From Elsinoe ampelina (lineage: Eukaryota), in the NCBI GenBank assembly GCA_010093995.1, contig ML992504.1:558001-622000 (forward strand): a DNA stretch of 64,000 bases, in the 5' to 3' direction. The position numbers and the translations under genes were made by a program. Under the pieces are notes generated by a model, which had not been told where the DNA came from, did not search any database, and saw only the letters and a list, made by a program, of their open reading frames with translations. Within the stretch, counting starts at the first letter, position 1; each line of letters begins with the position of its first letter. Below, one piece after another: positions 1-9,571 of this stretch.

Positions 1-727
1 CGCCAGCGAAGAGCGGCGTTACTTCAAAGGCGTGCAAGGCACCGAAGACCGCGGGGAGATCTTCGGGCTGAAGAACATGTTCAGCTACAAAGACGGCGTG
101 GTCCTCCAGGAAATCGTCAACAAGACCAACGTCGCGGAGAGCAAAGCCAGCGCCGCGAAAGTCGTTGATCTCGGCACCAGCCAGGCCGATGACCCTGCCC
201 CTGACGAAGACGATTGGTTCCGCGACGTAGCCGACAGGCAGGACGCGGCCATCAGCCAGGTAGCAGCCATGGTCGTCGGCGACTCCAAGACCAAGCGGGA
301 CCGCGGGACCAAGAAGACGGACGCCGTGGCTGCTATCCTCGCGGGTGCAGGCGTGGAGTACACCCATGAGAACAGCGAAGTGATCGGCACGTCGAAGATT
401 GAGGGGGAGTTGTCGCGGGCTGCGGAAGCGGCGGGCGGGTTGGGGGATGAGCATGTGTTTGTGCGGAGCCAGGAGGGGGGAAAGGGCCGGGGTGGAGGGG
501 AGGACGAGGATGAGGGGGAGGGGGAGGGCGAGCTGGATAGGATCCGGTATCGCTTTCGCCCGCCGGAGGAGGTGAGGAGGAGGCAGTTTGTGAGTATGGC
601 CAAGGCGGCGGGGTATGAGGATGCTACAAGGTTCGCGTTGGTGGTGGAGGGATGGACGCAGGCGGGGAGGAGGGAGTTTTTGGATAGGTGGTATAAGGGG
701 AGGAGGAGGGCGTTGAGAGGTCGGTGA
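1..727 (+). CDS. C-terminal part of a SNF2-family helicase, Rad26/ERCC6L2-like (5' end lies outside the window)
   Basis: The frame is open from base 2 (ASEERRYFKGVQG...GEIFGLKNMF). It contains YTHENSEVIGTSKIE, the VIGSSK helicase-associated motif. Stop TGA at 725-727. Confidence 0.8.
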   Translation, partial: ASEERRYFKGVQGTEDRGEIFGLKNMFSYKDGVVLQEIVNKTNVAESKASAAKVVDLGTSQADDPAPDEDDWFRDVADRQDAAISQVAAMVVGDSKTKRDRGTKKTDAVAAILAGAGVEYTHENSEVIGTSKIEGELSRAAEAAGGLGDEHVFVRSQEGGKGRGGGEDEDEGEGEGELDRIRYRFRPPEEVRRRQFVSMAKAAGYEDATRFALVVEGWTQAGRREFLDRWYKGRRRALRGR

Positions 728-869
728 AGGGGGATTCTGCTTTCGGCGTATTGGACTGTCAGGGCTTTGGCATGATACCCCGCTGTATTGACACGGCAAA
801 TCACATCATGTACACTTGGGCAACGGCGTCCGGGTATCTATTCTTTTCATGCGATCCTCTCCAACGGAT

Positions 870-2515
870 CTAGTCTTTGTCTAGCCTCACAGCCGCATTC
901 CCCTCTATGAACCCCAAATCGACCTTGTGCCCCAACAAATCCCTAATATTGCTCAACTTGTATTTAATCATCGTCGGCCTCTCCAACGACAACCCAAACC
1001 CGTACACCCTCAAATCCTCGGGCAAGCCCATCGCCTCCAACATCTCCGGCCTGAACATCCCACTGTTCCCTATCTCAACCCACTTCCCCAGTCCCTGATG
1101 GTACCCGAAAACCTCCATACTCGGCTCAGTATAGGGGTTGTAAGCCGGCTTGAAGCGCAGATTCGTGATGCCCAGCTTCCCGAAAAATCCCTCCAGGAAA
1201 GCCATCAACCCCCCGAGAGTGAGATTGTAATCCGCGATCACGCCTTCGATCTGGTGGAACTCGGCGAGATGCGTCGCGTCGACGGATTCGTTGCGGAAGA
1301 CGCGGTCGATGCTGAAGTACCGGCAGGGACGCGGGTCGCGGGCGAGGCGGTGCAGGCAGTAGGTCGACACGGCGGTGGTGTGGGTGCGGAGGACCAGGCG
1401 GGCGGCTTCGGCCGGGTTCCACGGGTAGCGGTAGCCGATGGAGCCGTATTTGCCGGTTTCGTGGACGGCGCGGACGTTGGCGAAGTAGGTCTCGTAGGGG
1501 GTGGGGTGCGGGGTGTCCGTGGGGGCGAGGGACTCCATGGCGTCGAGGGCGGCGTCGGCTTCGGGGTCGGCACGCGGGGGGTCGGCGAGGGGTGGGTCCG
1601 AGACGTAGAAGGTGTCTTGCATGTCGCGGGCGGGGTGTTGTTGGGGGACGAAGAGGGCGTCGAAGTTCCAGAAGCCGGAATCGACGAACCTGGNNNNNNN
1701 NNNNNNNNNNNNNNNNNNNNNNNNNNNNNNNNNNNNNNNNNNNNNNNNNNNNNGGGCATTTCTATGAAGCCTTGGTGGAAGAATATCTTACGGAACTCTT
1801 CCCGGACCTTGTTCAAGGGATGCAGAGCGCCCGCTTGTTGAGGTGCGCCGAGTGATTTGAAGTTGTATGGTTTCCAGTTTGCGGTTTGCCATGAGCCATT
1901 CTCGAGCATGTCTGGTGTGAGATCTGTGACCTCGACCTGTATCTCCTTGGCATACTTTGGGCCCTTCTTGACAATGTAATGGATGACCTTGGCTGTCGTG
2001 ACCAGCTTCCGCTTCTTGTAGTCTGCGAGTACCTTTGCGTCTGCAATGCTGGCCGAGTCTTGAGCTCCTTGAAGCACTTTCCGTGTAGAATCCTCAGGCG
2101 CATCCACAAGAGGTACGAGGGAGTCGCCATCTTTCTTGATCCATTTGACTCTGAAAGCATTGCCTTGACCCACTTTGGCTGATTCTGCGCCTACTGCGGC
2201 GGTAAGATCCTTCACTGGCATCTTTCCGGCTTTCTTGACAGCATCCCAGACCTTATACTCGTGACTTCCCTCATCGCATATCTTCTGCCCTTCTGGTGTG
2301 AGGACGACCTGCTCTTTGTCCTGCGTCTCATACACCAACATTGATCTCGAGGCGAGCCTATCAAGAGCGGCCTTGATCTCTCCTTGTGACACATCTGGGA
2401 AATCGGTATTGGTTTGGAGAGGTTCCTTTTCGTCCAGCTTGTCCAGAAGTTGCTGTGTGAGATCGCGACCATTCTGCTCCAGTGGAACGGGCACCGGGCC
2501 TCGTGTCCCCGGCAT
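870..2515 (-). CDS. FRS2: Cytoplasmic phenylalanyl-tRNA synthetase alpha subunit; interrupted by an N gap that probably hides an intron
   Basis: [20 protein letters not shown] precedes the gap. [65 protein letters not shown] and GLSLERPTM follow it. A cag acceptor lies right at the gap edge. Confidence 0.95.
1694..1753. other. Assembly gap (60 N)
   Basis: Run of n in the sequence. Confidence 0.99.
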
Positions 2516-3793
2516 TTTCGAATCGTGATCGTGTCAATGTCAATGTTGAATGTCTATGGCATGCCCTAGAACCATAGACATTAATTTTTGGACGACGAAG
2601 GAGTCACGATGAGAGTCATGTATATCTGGACGGATCATGTGAACGAGTCATGCTAAAGCGACATTCCGCCATGCTTCTCTGCTTGAGCGAGCATTGATTG
2701 GTGGTGTTTCAAGTCCTCATTCTCAGACCGGTCTTTTCAATTGACGATTGCGACACGTCTTATATTCTGTGCATCAAGAATGATGCCTGCGATGAGCGAC
2801 ATCGCCGAAGTGGACTTGACAAGCACGTCTAGTAAACATCAGGCTGTGACACACTTCGATGATGAGATGCTCCGCAAGAGCAACCTCAAACGCCTCGGCC
2901 AGATACCCAAATGTCATGTCGGCGGTCTGTTTCAGGCTATGATAAGAAGACTATCACATCACATGCAAGCATCTCAGACGTTGGAGTTTGTTGTGTTGAT
3001 GATGCATGCTGGTGGCGTGGTGTGTTGTGACCATCACTATGGTTAATGGCTGCGCTTCCAGACCTTGTATCTGATCGTGGCGTTATCTCTTTATCCATGC
3101 CCGGTCTTGATTCAGACATGAACGATATCGTTCTTGAGAACCCTTTTGATCGAGGCATCCAGATGCGTGGGATGAGGACATCTGACGGATCCGTCGCTTG
3201 TTGACCCGACACTGCCAACGAGTGGTTACCCGTGGATTTGACTTCTACTCCACCCGGCAGTGATCCGAAGTAGCAAAAGACGTTGATGATAATTGATAGA
3301 AGCCGTACGGCAATTTTAAACAGGGTCAGCAGACTGGCCCATGCATGTCAGAACCGTGGGATGCAGCGGATCATGTCGTCTTCGGCTGCGCGGGCCGATC
3401 TGTTCGCCTGGGAAACGCTCGAATAAACAATCCGTCCTTCGTTTGTACTGACATGTGATAGTAACTGTCAAAGAAGACAGTACTCCGCCAAACCAAGCCA
3501 ATCGATCAGTACAAGGGTCTCATGGGTTCCCGGGTCGCTACGAAAGTCATTTTGGTCCTTTTCTTGAGCTCGGTCAAACTATTCGGACAGACGAAGTAGT
3601 GGTCAGTCCAACTTGCATCCACAGCCAACCATCGTCAAGCACTTGCATTCCACACGATCACGAACCACAATGGCGTAATATCCTCATGATTATCATGCAT
3701 TACTAGGAGTTCAGAGCATCATCTAGCATAAAATTTGGAGTTCAAGGTCTTCACTTCTGAAAATACCTCCTCTGTCGGTACCGCTCCATCAAC

Positions 3794-6253
3794 ATGGATG
3801 CTACCCCACTTACATTCGATACCTTGACACCAGATTCGGCATCTGGATCAAACAAGCAGGCGCGAAAGCTGCAATTACGAAAGGCCGGGTTCAAGGCCAA
3901 AGACTTGCCCACCTCACACATGTCACCAAAGACGTCTGGATCATGGTCGCGAGCCAACATGTCCGCCACCCTCGCATCCAAAATATCAGAGTCAGATCTC
4001 AAGTCACCGAGTGCTGATATACAGCCCATTCACAGCATTCTGAAGGAGGTTAGCAACTCTAGCAGACGACGGAAGAAGCAGATCCGTCCCCGTATCGACG
4101 ATTCCATCTTCATCTACCAAGACGAAAATGTCACAGCGTCTCCGAAGCCTAATCAGGTGGAGCTGGAATGTGTCCCAGAATACTCACCGAGATGGTCAGT
4201 AACCAGAAATCAACCAAGAGACATCAAAACTAACAGCGACAGTGCTACACCAGGATCGAGGCCGCGCAGCTCAAGCAAAGCGACCCCAGCGTCACGCATG
4301 CGCCGACAGTCCGTCAGCATCGACACCGTCAAGTACATCGAACACCTTGAATCGGAACTCGCGGCAGTCCAGACGCAGCTAGCAGCTATGACCTCGCCAA
4401 CTGTGCTGCAAGCTAAATCCCTCAAGATGCGCGCACTGAATGCGGAGACCCGTGCACTACAGGATGAAGTCGCCGGTTGGGAGCACAAATTCCACGAGCG
4501 GGTGCAGGAGGAGATTGAAGAGCGCACCAAGATCGAGGCCGGACTCAAGGCACGCATCAGACTGCTCGAGGGTGACACAGAAGATTACGCCCAAAAAGTC
4601 AAGGAGATGCAGAGTCAACTTGAGAAAAGCGCAACCTTCATGGCCGCGGCCGAATCGGCCAACTTTGAGCTGGAGAGACGCATAGATGCAATCTCCGGAC
4701 TGGTGGCCTCGCCTCGAAAGTCGGAGGTTGAGAGATCCCACAGCATTGCCAGAAGGCGACATTCGAGGCACAAATCATTGCTACCGAGGTTTCCAACCAC
4801 TGGCAGCTTGAATCTCCCGTCTCGCGGAACCGATGCCACACCTGCGACACCAAATCTATCAAAGCCGATGTCTGTGCGATCATCGAGTGTTGACCAAGGT
4901 AACACCAGACGTGCTCTGAGAGTCGACGTTAACAAAGAGGCGTTGGATGCATTGACGGGTGGTAACATCGCCGAGCAATCGACTCCCTCTTCCGAGGCGC
5001 CATCAAGCACCTGCAGCTCGAAACGATTCAGCTGGGCCACACCAGACTGCTACACATCGCTTGAGACAGTAGCAGCTAGCACTGGCCGGCCATCTCGTAG
5101 AATGAGACGTTTCCACGCCGGGTCAGTCATGCCAAAGCCACTCTTGTTGCCCTCGACAGCATCCTACGCATATGCAGTCCCAGCTACGGCACCCGTCCAA
5201 GAGCGTGAACAGACACCACCACAATTTCCCTTTCCCGAGCTGCCTAATGTGGCTGAGATACCCAGCACAAGACATTTCGACTTCTTGCTCAGTCCCATGC
5301 CAGGTAACGGCAGGCGTAGGGCGCTGACCTGCATCGAGGACGTGGCGGCGGCTATGAGAAGGACGTCGAATCCCTTCATCTCGCCACTTCCGTTCCCTGC
5401 AGCCATGGCCAAATCATCCTCTCAGTCAGGCTCCTCGGGCATTCCATTGTCCGATCGTACGCCTGCTGACCTCTCCTCGATTGATGCGCCCATTGTCGGT
5501 CGTAACCTGTTCGAGGAACTGCAAAAGGCAGCCGAAGGCTCAGACCCGTCCGACCCACCAGAGTTTATCAGCATGAGTAGGACCGTCTCGGCTTCGTCTA
5601 CTGATACTCCTCGGGCAAGTCAGGCAGGATCCATCCGTTTCAACACGTCCCAAGTCGGGCTCCGCAAGCGTGCCTGGACTTCTCACCACCGCACCGTCAG
5701 CGACCAGACCGGCATCGCGGCTGCAAGTCTACACCGCTACGATGATGAAGACTCCGAGGACGAGGACGACGAAGAGACGGGCTTCTTCGCACTTGTCGCC
5801 GACATCTTCCGCCAGACATACGACACGGCTCGGCAAGCACTCATGTACGCGCAGAACGTCACTTTACGCTCGACCACGGTCCAACGACTGCAATGGTGGT
5901 TGGTACAAGTCCTGCTTGGACCAATGATGACCCGTCGAATGATGGCCAAAAGCATGCGCGAAGGACGGCGACAGAGGAGGTTGCACCACGTGCAGACATT
6001 GAGTAGGAGTCCACTGCACAGATCGAGAATGGCGGAGGTGCCAGGACCAAGCATCTGGGTCGAGGGCATGGAGGGCGGCGGAAGGTCGTCGGGACGCAGG
6101 AGTGGAGAGCTCCAGGTCAGCTGGATCAACAGGCACAATCCTTGGTTGTGGATCAGGTTCTCGTTGGCGTTGATATTTGCCATTGGCGCGGCACTGAGGG
6201 ATGGGCCGGGGATGGTGTTGGGTGTGCAGGAGGAAGAGGATAGGATCGATTGA
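3794..6253 (+). CDS. Hypothetical coiled-coil protein with a C-terminal hydrophobic (putative transmembrane) segment, 819 aa
   Basis: Long ATG-initiated ORF. Heptad-rich region YIEHLESELAAVQTQL...ELERRIDAIS and C-terminal PWLWIRFSLALIFAIGAALRDGPG. Confidence 0.75.
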   Translation: MDATPLTFDTLTPDSASGSNKQARKLQLRKAGFKAKDLPTSHMSPKTSGSWSRANMSATLASKISESDLKSPSADIQPIHSILKEVSNSSRRRKKQIRPRIDDSIFIYQDENVTASPKPNQVELECVPEYSPRWSVTRNQPRDIKTNSDSATPGSRPRSSSKATPASRMRRQSVSIDTVKYIEHLESELAAVQTQLAAMTSPTVLQAKSLKMRALNAETRALQDEVAGWEHKFHERVQEEIEERTKIEAGLKARIRLLEGDTEDYAQKVKEMQSQLEKSATFMAAAESANFELERRIDAISGLVASPRKSEVERSHSIARRRHSRHKSLLPRFPTTGSLNLPSRGTDATPATPNLSKPMSVRSSSVDQGNTRRALRVDVNKEALDALTGGNIAEQSTPSSEAPSSTCSSKRFSWATPDCYTSLETVAASTGRPSRRMRRFHAGSVMPKPLLLPSTASYAYAVPATAPVQEREQTPPQFPFPELPNVAEIPSTRHFDFLLSPMPGNGRRRALTCIEDVAAAMRRTSNPFISPLPFPAAMAKSSSQSGSSGIPLSDRTPADLSSIDAPIVGRNLFEELQKAAEGSDPSDPPEFISMSRTVSASSTDTPRASQAGSIRFNTSQVGLRKRAWTSHHRTVSDQTGIAAASLHRYDDEDSEDEDDEETGFFALVADIFRQTYDTARQALMYAQNVTLRSTTVQRLQWWLVQVLLGPMMTRRMMAKSMREGRRQRRLHHVQTLSRSPLHRSRMAEVPGPSIWVEGMEGGGRSSGRRSGELQVSWINRHNPWLWIRFSLALIFAIGAALRDGPGMVLGVQEEEDRID

Positions 6254-6965
6254 AGGGTGAAAGCAGCATTGTTCGGAGTTGGGGCATTGTACAGTACTAG
6301 ATACCCAGTAATTTGAAGTTTTTGACTACGAGATGGTAGAGTGAGAATAACGAGCAGTGAAAAAGGGGGTCCCGGAGTCGGCTAGGGTCGGAGTCGGACG
6401 TGATTCAAGCTCCGACATGGTTGTTACTTTTACTCGCACACGCGTTTTCATTTGAGTGATTGAGACCTGCTAGATTGACAGCCATGACTACAGTAGCGAA
6501 GTGTCAAATATAGTAGTCTACATCAATACACCGGAGATGGCTTTGTGATCAGCAACCTATGTACGAAAATCGAGGAATCCCCCGCAGACCGGGCCTGAAC
6601 CACCTTGGCCCAAGCGTTCTTGGCCCGAAAAGTGACGTCGAAAAAACTCGAGAGGCTGCCTTCTCCCAAGACAGCGCAGAGTGGGGAGTCAAACAACTTG
6701 CAAGAGCTGAACAAACCCCCGAGCCAACCATTTGTTCCCTCCCACATCTCCCGCCCGCATCCCTGTTATCAACTCTTGCATGTAACTTGTGCAAATCCTC
6801 CTGGTGCCTTGCACATGGACTGAATTGCGACAATAACCACCGAACCGCCGTGCTGACCGCTCACGCTCACCCTCGTGGATGACTCGCGCGCTTGACTGCA
6901 CTTCAGGCTGCCATTGATATCCCAACTGCCCCGACGGCTGAGATACTCACCACACCGCGCCCAAC

Positions 6966-8923
6966 ATGGTTTTGGGTCACAGCCACCGGCGACACTCGTA
7001 CGCGAGCAGTCGCTCCTCCATGGACGACAATGTCGACGACGAGACGGTCGTGGACGACGATCAGGGGAATGGTAAGCCGGCTCGACCGGGTTGGGAGATA
7101 GTCAAGTCGCTCATGACAGTACAGTTCTCTCGCACATAATCAGCCAGCTACGGCCAGGTGCCGACCTTAGCAGAGTGACACTTCCGACCTTCATTCTTGA
7201 GCCGCGGAGCATGCTGGAGAGGATCACAAAGTGAGACATGATCAAGCGCGAGCAGAGCCGACCAATGCTGACGAGGACAGCTTCATGGCGCATCCAGAGA
7301 CTCTCCTACCAATGCCCGAGATTGACGATCCAGTCCAGCGATTCGTGGCGGTCACCAAGTTTTATCTGAGTGGGTGGCACATCAAACCACCGTACGTCCT
7401 TGGGAAACAGCAAGATCAGGCGGGCAGGGCTGACACATATGCAGAGGAGTCAAGAAGCCACTCAATCCTATCCTGGGAGAGACCTTCACAGGCTACTGGG
7501 ATTACCCGGATGGCACGCGAGGATACTACATCTCGGAACAGACATCGCATCACCCGCCAAAGTCGAGCTACTTTTTCATGGCACCAGACCACAACATCCG
7601 CATAGACGGTACTCTCAAACCTCGCAGTAAGTTCCTCGGCAATTCGGTCGGAAGCTTCATGGAGGGCATAGCAGTCATGCGCTTCACGAACCGCAACGAG
7701 AGATAGTACGTCATGTCCATCTTGAGCTGCGCACCGCGACTAATGATTCCAGCTTCATCACACAACCAAACATGTATGCTCGAGGTATACTTTTCGGCAA
7801 GATGAAATACGAGCTTGGTGACCACGCTTCAGTAAAATGTCCAGAAACAGGCCTTGAGGTGGATATCGAGTTCAAGGTCAAGGGCTGGGTAGGCGGGACC
7901 TACAACGCCTTTGGCGGCTACATCAAGGATTCAAAAGGAAAGGCCTTGTTCGAGCTCAGCGGTTTCTGGAATGGCGACATGCACATCAAAGATCTCACGG
8001 TAAACACCCCCACTCCCCCGACAAGTTGGGGTCCTTGGACAGGACTGACCACTGTTGTTGAACAGACAGGAAAGAAGCAATTGCTTTTTGACGCGACGCA
8101 TGCGAGACCGTCTCACCCAAAGTCACGACCGATAGAGGAGCAAGCAGAGCGAGAAAGTCAAAGATTATGGTCGAAAGTCACCGCCGCCATCAAGAAGGTC
8201 GACCACCGAGCAGCGACTGACGAGAAGACATCGATCGAAGATCGACAACGCGAAGAGGCAGCACAACGTGGCGAAGGCGTAGAATGGAGACCGAAGCTCT
8301 TCCGCAAAGCCCTCGGAGCAGCCGGCCATGGTGGACCCGGCGATGAGCCAGGCGAAGAGAATCTCGACTGGGTCATCGACGCGGTAGTGTACGCATCCCC
8401 TTCCCCCTTCCTCCCCGCTTCTTCCAGGGGCCCCACTAACCAATTCCTTAGCGATGGCTCCAACCCCTCCACCCTCACAGAACAAATCCTGTCTATCGCT
8501 CCCATCCTCCCCGGCCAGCAGAACCCAACCCTCAACCAACCACCCTACCCTCCCTCCCTCGACCCCACAACCAAAGGCCAAGACACACCTTTAGCCTCCC
8601 AAACACCCGAGAAACCAAAACCCACCACCCAATCACCGAACCATAAACCCGCCGACTCGCACCACAACAACTCCTTCGACGGCGCCACAGATCTCATCGA
8701 TTTCGGCTCTGCAGAAACGACCAAAACAACACTACCCACTCGGCCAAAAGAAGCCGCAGTGCCGCCGCCGCCGCCGCCGCCAGGGGCAGGGGACAAGAAG
8801 CCGCCGCCGGGGATGGGACAAGGGCAGGGCATGAAGTTCTCGATGGAGCCGTTGCAGCCCAAAGTGCTCAGGGCGGATTCGGTGGACGGCGGGAGCGAGG
8901 AGTTTGTCGATGCTGAGATGTAG
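6966..8923 (+). CDS. Oxysterol-binding protein homologue, Osh6/Osh7-like; about 7 exons
   Basis: The spliced product reads [46 protein letters not shown] and SEQTSHHPP (OSBP signature). Introns at approx. 7072-7124, 7231-7280, 7392-7444, 7706-7752, 8000-8065 and 8389-8451, all with GT/AG ends. Confidence 0.9.
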
Positions 8924-9180
8924 GAGGCTTGGCGGAGACGGATCGCTGGGGAACTGAGGGGCAAGGATGGGGGAGGGGAGAGGGGGAAGAAGGGGGTGAG
9001 GGGGGCCATGGGAGGGAGGAGGGAGAGGGTGATGGCTTGGAGGAGTGTGGGGTGATTGAGGCGGCAGAACATGGATACGAAGAGGGCGAGGAATTGATGG
9101 ATAGGGCAGGAGTGCGTCGAGGGATGGTGATGAGGCGAGGGCGGGTTCGTGGATGATGGATCAGATCAAGGACGGATAGG

Positions 9181-9218
9181 ACGAAGGATGAAGAGCACGA
9201 AGGATGAAGAGCACGAAG
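9181..9218 (+). repeat. Tandem duplication of the 16-mer ACGAAGGATGAAGAGC (2 copies plus a partial copy)
   Basis: Directly visible downstream of the OSBP stop codon. Confidence 0.85.
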
Positions 9219-9571
9219 CATAGCATAGCGGTCGACAGAACCCCGGATTGGTAATGAAAAAAGATTATTCCTCTACAGATGCCGCTGGTGGCTCTTTCTC
9301 TTCGTACCGTTCACGGACTTTTCGACGTTGATGTGCCCGTTTCGCCAGCAATCTGCGACCAAGACGACCCGAATATGACTGGATCCGTGAGCGGTGGAAG
9401 CGAATTCGCACTTGTGATGCACGGCAGGATCCTCAGGGGCACGAGCATTCTTGGGCATTGGATCACTCCAGAGGGTGCTGTAGAGCAGAAGTAGCTATCG
9501 TTTGGTATCCACCACGTAGCTCTGTACGTGCCAGAGACGGCGGGTGCCATCTCCGGATGTGTGGTCTCGTT

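Noticed and set aside
1622..1760. Apparent frameshift splitting FRS2 into two ORFs
   Set aside because: The break coincides with the N gap. Only about two residues are missing and a cag acceptor borders the gap, so a hidden intron explains it; it is not a pseudogene.
2741..3706. Several 60-100 aa ORFs between FRS2 and the 819-aa gene
   Set aside because: No recognisable motifs or coherent splice pattern; consistent with a divergent promoter region.
8761..8781. (CCG)n run in OSBP
   Set aside because: An ordinary poly-proline coding microsatellite in a disordered tail.
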